DNA of 62,020 nucleotides, counting the filler, from Intoshia linei (Eukaryota; Animalia; Orthonectida), in the NCBI GenBank assembly GCA_001642005.1. It is 4 parts of 4 records of this genome, joined end to end, with 100 filler letters (N's around TTAATTAATTAA, not from the genome) between each part and the next. Parts side by side here need not be neighbours in the genome. Positions count along the whole stretch, not along the records: positions 18,949 to 44,066 come from LWCA01000506.1; 3 more parts are not named here. One strand, 5' to 3'. Positions 23,860 to 37,425 of the stretch are shown here, one piece after another; positions within the stretch are counted from its first letter, which is position 1, and each line of letters begins with the position of its first letter. Below the pieces are notes generated by a model. It worked only from the letters and a program-made list of their open reading frames with translations. It did not search any database and was not told the origin of the DNA. The position numbers were made by a program, and so were the translations under genes.

Positions 23860-26800
23860 TCAGTGTGAATCGTCATCTTCGTGAAGTGAGTCATTTAAAT
23901 TAAGAGACCCTCCCGGTCCAGTCAATTTTGAAACATTATTTTCTTTTTTCCATTTCATGCGTCGATTCTAAAAATGAATAAATAATTTAAATGAATATGA
24001 AAATGAAAATAAAATAAAATAAAATTACTTGAAACCAAATTTTAATCTGCCGTTCACTTAAACCTAGACTATGAGCAATCTCGATGCGTCTACGACGAGT
24101 AAGATAACGATTATAATGAAACTCTTTTTCAAGTTCCAATGTTTGATGTCTAGTATAAGTTTGCCGACTGCGCTTGTGTTCATATGAACCTAAAAACAAA
24201 TGATTTATGGATACTTTTTTTTCATGTTTTTAAATCATCATATTTCACTATTGATATATAATACCATTTAACGAATATTCAAAACTAGTGGAAAAACTGT
24301 AAAAGGTATCCGTTTAATGCAAAATGCATATTGTTTACATAAATCATTGATAAAATCATAAATTAATGTACCGTTAAAATTGGACACATTTATTGCTCAA
24401 AACATGTGATATATGGCAAAAATATAAATGTCTGTTAAAAGTAAAAAATTTTGATAATAATATGATAAATTTTAGGTAATATATTCCAATTAAAAAATGA
24501 ATTATTAATACATATTAAATTGTTACATTAATCTGTTCAGTTACTATCCTCAAGACAAATGTAACAAAACATTTGAAATTAGTCACATATAAATCATGTA
24601 AACAATATTTACTTTTCATATTTAGAATCAATTTGTCATTTTTGAAATAACCAATTAATTTTACAAGATTTTAATTATACGCTCAACCTTTCTAACAATA
24701 CAAACAATTTATGGTTTTTTTAATAGTTTTAAACATTTTGGGATAATTTCAAATCAATTAAATTAATTTAAAATGTAAAATATAAAATATTAGTATAGAA
24801 AAATAATTCATACCTCCATTGATAGTTCGCATCCAGGGATAAATGGGAATACTTTTATTTTGATTTAAATAGTTATTTGATGCAGTATTAGGATCAAAAT
24901 TGTAATTATTTGAAGTAGCTGCAGCAGCAATAGCCGCCATAACCTCTGCAAAATTAGAGGGATCCGATGGTAAAGTTTTTTCATTAAATATATTCATCCT
25001 GTCATTCATAGAAATATTTGGTTTATTTGAATAATTTTTTCCAAAATTTGATAAATTTGGTAGATTTGAATTTAAATACGGAAAAGTTGGAAAATTTGGT
25101 AATAAATTGTTACTTGTAATATTCATATTAAAATTTTCCGATAATGCAGAATCTTTAAACATTGATGGTTTAGTGTTAAAGGTATTACTTGGAAATTGGT
25201 GAGCATTTTTTACATCGTTTGATCTTTTATCTGTAAAATTTAAATAAAAATTTGGACTAGATCTCAATTTCCCTTCATCTCTCCCATGCGACAGTAATAA
25301 TTCTTGATTGGCTTCTAATGACATGTTTTGATATTTCATATAGTTTAATTGATCGACGTAATTTATATTTTCAAAATTTTTTGTATTTAAAAAGGCTGAT
25401 AGAGGTGGATTTACTAGCAAATCAGATTTTGGTATTGTATTTATCTCTGCATTTTTATTATAATTGGTCATATTTGTTTTTTCTTTGTATCTAATCATTT
25501 CATCTGAGGTTCCCTTGTTTTTGAAATTTTCATATGAAAATCTATTTGGTATATTTTCTAAATAATTATTTTTAATTACAATATTACTTATATTACACAC
25601 CAGTATTATATAACTTATAAAATTTTTCAGATTTAGATTTTCAACACGTTTTAATATGTATCTCTTAGTTGATTGACACTTGGTTAATTTTTGATTACAA
25701 TTTTTGATTTCATAAAATTAAAATGTTTGAATTATTAATAAGATTCAAATAATATATACTGCTCATTAATTTAACACAACAATTATTTTGTTTTGATTAA
25801 TGTTTCATTTTTAATTTAAATGTTTAAATATCTACACTATGTAGTCAACAAATACAATCTAAAGATGAAATTTCATGAATAGTACCCATAAAATTTATAG
25901 CGTATGTAAGTTTAGTTGTTTCTATGGATTTAGCGTTTTGGGTTCATAATTTGCCCATTTTGTGTGTACAATTCTTTTTTTTAATTACTTTCTATATTGA
26001 TTATTGTCGTTTTTACGAAGGTTAATTGATGGGCAAAAATTACAAACTTAAATACGAGAGATAATTCAAAGTTGCTAAAAATATGTGTATATCTATCTTT
26101 TTATAACAATTTATTGAGCAAATTGAAGGTCTCAGAAACTTAAAAAAATAAATTCTTGGTAAATGTTTTCGCTGCAGAAAATACGATAAATTTCAAATTC
26201 TATAACTACAAATAAATTTTACTATTGTTAATACTCAAAAAAAGTATCAAAAAAATTTATCGCAATTCCTCCAATTCTCTACATCACGGTGGTCCAAACG
26301 CAGGGCGAGTGAGACCTAATAAATAAATTTTATAAATTTCGCGGACCGCAACATTAAAAAACATATTCCAAAGGCAAGTTCAAATCCAAAAAGTCAAAAT
26401 TTCCCCGATTAATTACAAAATTACTTATCAGGTTAACCCACACCTTGGGCTACTCTGCTCTAGTTATAATTTCAGTTTTTTTCATTTTTTAAAAAATTTT
26501 ATTTCAATAACATTAATTTAATTTATTTTGAAAAATTTTTGACAAATAGTCAATACTGGTGAATAACGGAATTGGCCAATAGTGGAGATTCCACAGTACT
26601 TGAAAAATTTTAAATTAATACAAAAAAAACAAAAACATAAAAATTAAATTTGGTAAAATTCATTAAAATCCATTAAAAACATATATGTTATAGCCAGTAT
26701 CTATTCTTTATTAATATTAATTTTTAAATTTTTAAATATATATAAATTGGCATTAGTAACTCCTGATTCGTTGCAAATAAATCATGACAAGACTCAAAAA

Positions 26801-27643
26801 TTGAAAAGCTATTATGCTTTTTATGACATTATTATATATAAATAAACATATTAAGGTCAAATATCAACAAAATCAATTTTTTATTTCACGGTTCAATTTA
26901 ATAAACAGAGTCTTAAAAAATATTTATTCATTGGTAGTGAAACTAAACCCTCTCCTTCTTAGATTACGATATAATATTTACATTTAATAGTTATGATTTA
27001 ATGTTAAAAATTTGGACGATGGATGATATATAAATACTCGCTAATATTTTAATTTCATGAGGATTTTTTCTACCTGGTACAATGTACAAAATGTATGCAC
27101 AAAAAAGGTTATATTATAATAATACAGTAATGTAGTAAATAATAGAATTTGAATGTGAACCAATTGACATGCATGTAAATTAACATAAAATATACCTTGA
27201 CAAGCATTGCTTCTTATATCACATTTAATGGATGAGGGATAATTAGACAAATTGAGTTGAGATGTGAAATTTGTTGGAATTTCAGAATGAGAAAGTGGTT
27301 TACTTCTGTAAAACTGCTGACTATTTACATTGTGAAAATTCAAAGTATTACTAGACGTGGGAAGTTGATTTGAAGGCTTGGGTAAATTGCAATCAAATGG
27401 TAATGGATAACTAGCATTCTGATGATTTGGATAATACTGATTAACGTTATTGGACGTGAATGAATTTATGGAATAATTTTTATCTTGATTAGCGGCATTG
27501 TTGGTTGATTTATTTTGGTTGTACACGGCAGAGTGTTGCACCGTTTCATCATTATTTGAGTGTTCACTGTAAGGTTTTTTGATGTTAATTTCATCATTTT
27601 GATGAATGTGATTATTCTTGGAACGATTTATTAATGGATCCAT
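23860..27643 (-). CDS. Lox5: Central-class Hox protein Lox5 (Hox6-8/Antp group); predicted exons 27643-27196, 25557-24814, 24189-24029, 23967-23860 (486 aa)
   Basis: Hexapeptide IYPWMR; homeodomain [60 protein letters not shown], followed by the Lox5 parapeptide KLTGP. All junctions are GT-AG and phase-consistent. Attachment of the first exon is inferred. Confidence 0.93.
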
Positions 27644-29100
27644 TACGATAACAATGCAATATATTTGAATTAATGTGATTTGTGGGGAATGTGGATGAAT
27701 AAAAATAATAATTTAATGTAAGTTTGAATATCCATTAAAATTTCCATAAATAAGAAAAAACTATACAATGTATGTTGATATATTGTTTAAAACATTATTT
27801 ATATATAAATTATTGCAAATACCATGATGCTATGACACAAAGTTTGCTAGCCGAGTTGATTTATATGCCATTAGTTTGCCAGAGTTTAATGATTTAGTGA
27901 AAAAGTTACAATTAACGTGTCCAACTCTTTTTAAATGTGTGCCAATTTATGTTTTAGATATATTACTCAATTATGTTGATAGGCTTGATACCAATCATCA
28001 GTTTAGTTTGTTCCTTTTTATTCACTCGTTAAATGATGGGCGTGGTTTAATTTCTAGACAATATTCAGATAAAATTGCAATTTATGCCGTAATGTATGTT
28101 TTGTTAGCCAAGGTTAAAATTTATTGTATTTTAATCTACAGTAGGTCTGACTAGTTGGAAATTATGATTTATTTTTTATATTTTATAAAAATTACAATTT
28201 ATTAAGTAATTATAAGCATATAAGACATTTTATGTCAAATTAATTTTTAATTTTTTTTGTAGTGATAAAGATTGATTATCATGTACGTTAATTTTCATAA
28301 CAATTTATTATTCATAAACATGTTAATTATATCAAAAATATCCATTTTGTCAGTCAAACAAAATTTCAATTTTTCAGTAATTCATCAGGTAAGTCACTCA
28401 ACAATGATTACTCGTGAATAATTTTTTATATATCATTTACATATTGTAAATTATGTATATAATAATTCTTGTAGTATTAATCTCATATTTTTCCATTAAA
28501 ACGTTTCAATTCAACAAATTTGTGTGGATTGTAACTTTTATTGTATTCATAAATATAATTCCTATTAGGAATATTCTTGTTGTATATTTGATTGTAGTAA
28601 TATATCATTCATCTTTTATCTTACTTAATTACGTTTATTAAATGTATTATTCGGTCCTTTTAACAATATGTATACAATGGATAAGCAATTTATATTTTCA
28701 TTATTTATTTTTAATTTAGTTGGCTATAAATGATCAATACTATTGACACAGGTGGAATAATTGGTATACTGACGGTGACGTACATTTTATAGATATTGCT
28801 CGTTTTATATCATTTTGTAGAGTTTTCCAATCAGATAATTTCAATCTCACATTAGGCTTTGAAGTATTTTCCGTAAAACCCCTAGTGAAGATGTATTAAT
28901 TCATATAGATTATTCTATCTGTAACATTGATGAAGAGTTGTTCATGCGGTCACAAATAGCCAATTCCTAAAGTTTTAAAACCATTTATAACATACTACCT
29001 TAGATTTTGATTTAATCTTTAATTTTTAGCATACAAACCCAATTAAAAAATTTAAAATTCTTTTAATTTCGGACGCACCCAATTTAAAACTTGAATATTA

Positions 29101-29993
29101 TCCTTACTTATATAATATGCTACGCGATTTTTGTTTGTGTGTGTGTGTGTGTTCCACTTTATTTTAATAACTACCCATCATAAAATTTTATAAATTCCTC
29201 ATTTTAATTACAGTTTTTTTTCGGGGTGATAATAAGATAAATTTCAACCTCCCAAACTATCATCTTACAGGTTAAAAACCCCAATTGTCCTTTTTTTTGA
29301 AAATTAAACCAGTTGGAGAATTTAAAAAAATATATACGCTGATACAGATTTTCAAATCATGAACATTATAATAAATTTAAATTAAAAAAATTATATCTTC
29401 AAGGTCAAAACCCCAAATTACCCTTTTTTTTATGAAAACAGCCGTAAAATTTAAAAAAATTTATAGGTGGTACAATTGTATCCTGTTAACAGACACAAAA
29501 AATTTCAATCCGAATAAGTTACGACTTCACGGTCAAAAAAGCATTTTAGTATTCATATATTTTTTTCTGAAATATTTTATTAAAACAAAAAATGTAAAAT
29601 AATTAACGGTCCGAAAATTTAAAAAAATGAATTATTCTGATAGAGCTTATTCCAATTGACATAAATACAAAATTTCAACTCCAGAAATATACGCATTCTT
29701 AGTGAAAAATAATTTTTAATATATTATCAACCAATATTTTTCAAATATTTCGATTAAAATAAAAATGAAAATGCAAATTGATCCTACAATTTTAAAAATA
29801 ATGTGACGTCTACACATTTCCATGGTTCAACCTGAAACAAGTTTGGGAACCACTCCTTTAAAGGATTGATAATAGTGAATAGTAGTATTTTTAAGTTACA
29901 TTTTCAGAGTGAATTTATTTTTTTAGTATAATAAAAATGTGCCCTCGGCAGAGCTAGGTGATGTTTGTACGTAGTACATAACAGTCAACCTAG
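29101..29993 (+). mobile_element. Non-autonomous Helitron-like element with both termini
   Basis: A|TC...CTAG|T boundaries, no TSD, (GT)n near the 5' end, subterminal hairpins TGCCctcGGCA and TGTACgtaGTACA. Confidence 0.85.
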
Positions 29994-31859
29994 TAATTTA
30001 CATAATATTCGTGTATATTAAACTAATTATGATTTCAAATTAAGGGTTTAACTAATTTTAATCAATTTTTTTTTTAAAATATTTTTAATTTGTGGCGATA
30101 ATGAGAAAATTTCTAATAAGTTTGTTATAAAATTGAAACATAATGCAGTATTGATGGGTGGCGGTAATAAGAGTTGGCGGTATTAAGAGGTCTGACTATA
30201 AATTAATTTTACAGTCTAAATTTAGAAATTCAACATACTTTTATGAAAAATTATTAAAATTTAAAATATAAATTTTGTATTAAAGAAAAAATATAAAATA
30301 TATTATTTGTTGAAGATTGTTTTTAACTACAGTAATTTTAAAAAATGGACGAATTATATTTTCCAAACAATATTTTCACTTTTTCAATAAAACATTTACT
30401 TTTAAAATTTTTTTTCTTATATCAACATTTCGTTAGCTATACATAATTATTAAGACTAAATCATAACTATGTAGAATTATAATACATGTAATATATTTAA
30501 TAGTGTTTATTATATAAAAAAAGTAATTTATTTTTTGTCTATTTGTTTATATTTTTTAATATCAGTGTTCCAGTCGCTTTTGATTGATGAAAAAATCTCT
30601 CACTTTGTCGTTAACTTACATATAATAACTAAAAAGTATTACTCATAATTATACAATAACTCCTAACGATTTTCGGTTTATATAATTTTAAATAAATATT
30701 CATATACATTACGTACATTTTACATTTTACATCATATTACATTTTACATATACATGTATGTGAAAAAAACATATACCTTTAAAAAATTATAAAAATAGTG
30801 ACTATCAAATATTCTTGAAAATAAATCCCTTGGTGAAGAATACCTAGGACCAATTCGGCCACTATTGAGAATCATTGAGAACCATTGATATATTCAAAGT
30901 TCATTGACTGCAATTGTGGAGGGATACCTACATTTACTTTATTGATTTATTTTATTAATATTTGATAACATCAATTATAGTGAATTCAGAGAAGATAACA
31001 CATGTTATATACAAGGTTGAATATACAAACGACATTAAATTTAATTTAATTTTTAATAAAATATAATGATTCCATTTAAATTTAGCAAAGTTATATTTAT
31101 CGTGAACCTTCAACTGACAAGTTCATTAGCTTAAAATTTCAGTGTTTAGAAATGTAAAAAAAATATCATGTATATTAAGAAGGTGTATCATAAAAAATGA
31201 TTACAATCACATTTTTGAACTTCCATATCTTTATTATGATTAAATGTAAAAAAAAGATGGTTCCAAGATAGGAATACATTACAACGAATATTTAAGATAT
31301 ATTGAAGCCTGGGCAGTTAAGAAATACAGAATATTTATTATTTGAATTTATTATAATTATACACATATTAATACATGTAGTTTAGAGATATCATTTTTGG
31401 AATTTCTTATTCGATGCAGGTTTTCTTTTTATAAATGTTATATTTGTGTATTTACACAATGTGTAAATAGCACTCTGATATATAATTACTATATGTAGTC
31501 TCTGACTAATAACTTCAAGGTGTTGATCGGAATATATATAATATGATATTAATGTATATATTTATATTATTAATATCATTTATATATCTTCAGTTACTGT
31601 AGCCTAAGCAGTCATACTTGGCAGTATTTTAAAATTTTACATATAATTCACTATTCTGGATCGTAGGAGCATCAATCAAACTTTATTTCAGATAAAGCAA
31701 TATTTTTGTCATAGACTATAGTAAACGTATAGAAAAATTATAAATAATTATGTTAACTAAACCGTTGTGAATTGGTCAAAAATATTTTACATTACTTATT
31801 ATTTTAGGGATACTTCATTCTATCATTTTAAACGTAAGGATATTTTTCATAGCGATCGG

Positions 31860-32455
31860 TGCGACAACGAATTATTGACACCAGACATATTTGAAACAAA
31901 ATATTTTGAAAATGAGAATTTGAAATTTAAAAATTGCGAAGGAATATATTATATAGCTTTTCACCCATATTTCTCTATTGGAAATGAGTAGAAGTTAAAT
32001 CATTGAACTTCAATGCACTTTTTTTAAATTGTAGGATCAATATTTACATTTGTAATTTTTATTTTAATCGAAATATTTGAAAAATATATGTTGATGATAT
32101 ATTAAAAACTATTTTTCACCAGGAATGCGTAGATTTCTGGGGTTGAAATTTTGTCTTTATATTAACTGGAATAAGCTCTATCAGAATAATTTTTTTTTTT
32201 AATTTTCGGACAGTTAATTATTTCACATTTTTTGTTTTAATAAAATATTTCGGAAAACAAATATATGAATACTAAACTGCTTTTTTGACCGTGAAGTCGT
32301 CATTTATTTGGATTGAAATTTTTTGTGTCTGTTAACAGGATACAATTGTACCACCTATAAATTTTTTTAAATTCTAGGGCTGTTTTCATAAAAAAAAGGT
32401 AATTTGTGGTTTTGGCCCTGAAGATTAAATTTTTTTAAATTCTCCAACTCGTTTA
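31860..32455 (-). mobile_element. Helitron-like repeat fragment
   Basis: Reverse complement of the family's internal region. Confidence 0.7.
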
Positions 32456-34528
32456 ATGTACATTACAAAAATTTCATTTTTATTTTTGGATTAGAAAGTT
32501 GTTGCTCATAAGATTTAGTCTAATCGGATTTTTCGAAATAATATTGGAAAAAGAGGACATTTCCTTAAACCTTGGATAATCCTTAAACATTGGTAATATT
32601 TTAGTTATATTTAGAGTTGTAATAAGAGGGTTTTCTCATAAGATTTGGTAAAATTGGATTTTTCATTTTATTTTATTAAAAGTGGTATTTTTGAAATAAT
32701 AATGTAGAGGTCGTTTAGGAATTAGGATAATTAACATTTAGAAACTCTGTAATAAATATGAAAAATTCTCCTATAAAAATAAATAAAAGTTGATAAAATT
32801 TTTCTATATTTTATTTGAATCTTACGGACCCCAGGCATATAATTTTGGACCCAAATAGGAACGACTGCTTTAATGTATATATTATTTATAAAAAATAATT
32901 ATAAAGAATATCTCGTTAACTCTTTTTCTGTGGCCCTGATTGCATGTGAACATTCTAAGGAATTAACCCAAAACATTAAATTCAATTGAATAATGAAGAA
33001 TTACAAAATTAAATTAATACAAAATACATTTTTACTGAGTCTTAGATACATTAATTTTTAAATGAAAATGGGTGAAATATTTTAATATTTATTTAGGCCA
33101 TAAGTACCCAATAAATCTTAAATTTTCATTTTATACAAGATATATGTGTTGGCGACATCAAAAGATTATTTTCATGTCACTGAAACACCCTAATGCACAT
33201 TTTCATTTAATATTGTTAGGATTTTGAAGATTATTCATTTTACAATGTATAAATAAAATTAACTTGCTTTAATTTAGATACAGGAAAAAAAATATATCAT
33301 GTTTCGTTGACCCAACGAACGATATTGTCATTATATCAAATGATAACGATTAGTTGTTGATTTATAACTATTATCTTAATTATATTTTTTTAAATTTTGA
33401 TGTAAAAAACAATATAAAGTATTTAATTAAAGAGTATATAAGTATGGATTACATCTTTTAGATTTTCCACCTTAAAACCTTGAGTTTTCAGTGGTTTGTA
33501 CAAACTGTGTTGTGAAGAACCAACAGTGAAACCGGTTAGATTAAAATTGTAGGACTATATACCTCACAAGGATACTAGATAAAAAAAGATAAGAGAGAGA
33601 AAAACATAAGAATGATAGGGTCTTAAAGGGTAGCGAGATAAATTGTATATAAATTTTAAAAACATTTTGGGTTCTATCCATTATTCACCTTTTTTCAAAG
33701 TTAATCCTACTAGAACTCTACAGAAAAGGACTAATAATCATTATCTTATTTTTTTCGTAAACACATTAAAGTTAAGATAATTTTTAATAAAACATTCAAA
33801 ATTATACACGCATCTCAATGTAATAATATATTAAAAAAAGTTAGTAAAAATAAAATGAAATGTTATAACTATTTATAGAAAAAGTAACGGGAAATACAGT
33901 GCAATCTAAAAAGAAAGCAGACACATAAATCAGAAAGTGAAAGAATTATGCAGATGAGAAATTTGTATGAAATATGTCATTAAATCATATAGTAAAATAT
34001 TTAAGCAATAAATTCCTACATTGACCAATAAATGCAAATTTGGGTTTATAATTTATGTTTTCGATCAGACTAAAGCACAGTGTTAAAATTGTAGCAATAA
34101 TTTGTTTAATGTGTCAAATTACATTCATTTTATACACGCATAATATATTTAAATGAAAATTAATACAGTATGAATAAAAACATTAATCAAATGTGTAGGC
34201 AGCGTTGAAAATTTAAATGAGCAATAAATTTTCATTTTAATTACATTTTTAATACTTGTTTTATTAATCGCATTTAATTTAAAATATAATTGACCCACTT
34301 AAATTAAATCATGTTTGTTTTACATTAATTTGTTATTATGTTGCGGGTATCAATGAACATTCATATTTAAGAGGATTAAATTTATTAATTTCTACATTTT
34401 AGGCTAATGACATAATTATTCCTTATAATAAATGTTTTCATATTTTCCGAATTGGATTAAAGTAATCCTTATACAATATATGTGTGTTTCTTTTATTTTA
34501 TTTCTCATTCATGTAATTTATCATTAAA

Positions 34529-37162
34529 ATGACCAAATATACTGGATTCGTTTTATACCTACTTGTTAGTTATACCAACCATTTATTTTGTTTAAAAATT
34601 GATTCTGAATTAAATTTACCCAAAAAAATATTCACGTAATTTATTACTTTATATATATAAATATTTATCTTAAAATGTAATACCATGATTACAATATTAA
34701 TGATGGTTTAGTAGTTGTAAATTAAACCATTTGGTTTTGTAAAGTCAATTTTTGTCCAGAATTTTTGTTTATCACAAATTACTAGCATGGTTATCAGTTG
34801 CTAAGGCGTAATCTGCGAAATCTGTAAAATCAGATATTTTAAAAAGTGGCAGGAAAAGATAATATATTAATGCAATTTTTATAATAAATTAATTATGTGA
34901 ATACAAAAGAATCATTTTCTTAATATGATAATATCTTGGATACTAAAAAACAGTATCTTTAAAATCTATCTTTCAAAAATTTAGAGAAATGTCGCCATTG
35001 AACCACTTTTGGTTCAACGGGTATTTTAACGTAAAATAGTCACATAATAATTATACTAAATTATAGCTGTCATTTTGAAAATATGTGCAATATAACCTTG
35101 CACAAAACTGCCGACCTTGAACAAGAAGAATCAACTTTTAACAACAATAATTGGAAATTAAGCAATAATATACCTAAATTTAATTTTTATGCAAGTACAT
35201 ACCCTGTTGATATGTATAACCCTAATTTGCCAATTAGATCCTTTATATACTTGAATGGGACAAATGAAGATTACACGTATTTCTTATTTCATATTTTTTA
35301 GTTTTATATTCTATATCTATTTATTCTAGATTTCTTACACCTACATTAAAAGTTTCAGATTATACTGGCCCATTATGCGTAAGATTCAAGTATTTAGCAA
35401 TGTCTTCAACTTACGTAAAATTGTTTCAATTAATTTATGACGATTCCAATAAAAAATTTTTGAAAAAAAAATTATTATGGTATTCACCAAGTCAAGAGCA
35501 TCAAGTACAATATGACTTGTTTAATTTACCCTTTAAAAAAATTCAAGTTATGGCCCATTTTAATGATATCTACAATATAAAGGTAAATAAATATTTAATA
35601 CATGAAATATCTAAAACTCTAGTTTGGATTCTCTGGAAGAGGAAATTTAAATAAATTGGTTCTAATCGACAGTTTTCACGTTTATATGGATAGTTGTGGT
35701 AATTTTTATACTTGTTATGAAATAGGTTACAACCAACGGAATAAAAAATTTATTAAAATTAAATAAAAAATATTTTTATTTTTTAATTTTAATGTTAATA
35801 TCTTTACCCTAACCAAAATATTAAAATATATCAGAATTTATTCATTTTTATAAAAAATAGGGTAATTTGTGGTTTGGTCCAAACTTTGGACCATGTAGAC
35901 GTAAATTTCTGACATTCTAGGATTCTATTTGAATTTAAAAAAAAGATATTTGAAGGTTTTGACTTTGACATTTTTCATATCACATTAATTTTTACTTTAA
36001 AGTTAATTATTCCATCTTATTTTTTTGTTTGTTAACATTTGCGTAAAGAATTTTAAAAACAATTGTTATCCCATTTTTTTAATTTATTTAGACAGAATGT
36101 GTGTATAATATTAAAAATAAAGTAAAAACAGTTCCATTTTAAAAATTGTAATAAATAGCATAAATTTCATAAAAAATAAAATTATAAAAACGTATTTTCT
36201 CATTTTCAATGTGATAATATATATTCAGTACCAATTTAATAAATACTTAAAAATACCAATTATGTATCAATAATTAATAGAATCAGCACTTTATACACAT
36301 ATCTCATATTTCAGGTGAATTTAACCAATATTGCAAAGAATTGTAATAAATATAAAAATCATAATAACAAATTTGTATTAATTTTAGTTTCGTTGTTGCA
36401 GTTTAAATTTAAATTTTATTCAAAATGTTTTGTAAATGACAATTTGAAATTGAAAAATTACATAGCAATGAAAAAAATTCTGAAGGAATGAATTATATAG
36501 ATTTTTACCAATATTTCTTTATTGAAAATATGTAGATGTTCAATTCACATTTTTTTTAAAATTGTAGGATCATTATTTACAGTTTCAATTTTTATTTTAA
36601 TGGAAACATTTGAAAAATATTAGTTGAAAATATATTAAAAATTATTTTTCACCGGGAATGCGTAGATTTCTGGGGTTAACAATTTGTATTTATATTAACT
36701 GGAATAAGCTCTATCAGAATAATTTTTTTTTAAATTTTCGGACTGTTAATTATTTCACATTTTTTGTTTTAATAAAATATTTTGGAAAACAAATATATGA
36801 ATACTAAACTGCTTTTTTGACCGTGAAGTCGTCACTTATTCGGATTGAAATTTTTTGTGTCTGTTAACAGGATACAACTGTACTATTTGTAAATTTTTTT
36901 AAATTCTACGGCTGTTTATATTAAAAAAAATGGGTAATTTTGGGTTTTTGACCCGTCAGATGTGAGTTTAGGAGATTGAAATTGTTGGAATTTGAAATTT
37001 AAACTAACACCACGAAAAAAACTGTAATTAAAAGTAACGATCCAATTAAAAATATCATTACCAGTACAGTGTAACATCATGTTTCAGTTTCTATGCGTAG
37101 GTTGCCGTCCTCATTTGAATGCAGTGGTTTTTGTCCAATATGAAAGAATGGAGAATATTTGA
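34529..37162 (+). CDS. Putative secreted MAM-like domain protein; exons 34529-34635, 35067-35276, 35330-35582, possibly 37088-37162
   Basis: Hydrophobic N-terminus MTKYTGFVLYLLVSYTNHLFC splices in frame to FTCHFENMCN...FLTPTL...LCVRFKYLAM...LLW, which follows the MAM motif pattern. The last exon is uncertain. Confidence 0.6.
35975..37030 (-). mobile_element. Helitron-like repeat copy (intronic)
   Basis: Reverse complement of the 6580-7938 family. Confidence 0.75.
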
Positions 37163-37425
37163 TATATTAATAATACAAAAATACCTTCAATATGAATGAC
37201 TAACAAAAAAATGTTGAATGATACATAAAATGCATGAATTTTGACTCTTAAAAAATTCACTATAGCGTAATAATACATTACCTAGTATTAAATACATACT
37301 ATTCATATTAAACAGAAACCACTGTACAAATTTATAAATTTATAAAATATTAAATAATCTATATTTAAGATGCGTTTGATAACATACTACCTCCCATAAA
37401 CGACCACACGAAAGAATTTGAAGAA

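Noticed and set aside
27876-28641. Short + strand ORFs upstream of Lox5
   Set aside because: No motifs, composition like non-coding AT-rich DNA; more likely promoter or UTR sequence.
31350-31860. Possible small exons
   Set aside because: Could not assemble a stop-free spliced frame; ORF 31767-31991 runs into a Helitron fragment.
21200-34500. Hox-linked microRNAs (miR-10, miR-993, iab-4 types)
   Set aside because: No convincing mature-sequence match or hairpin seen by eye; an Rfam/miRBase search would be needed to exclude them.
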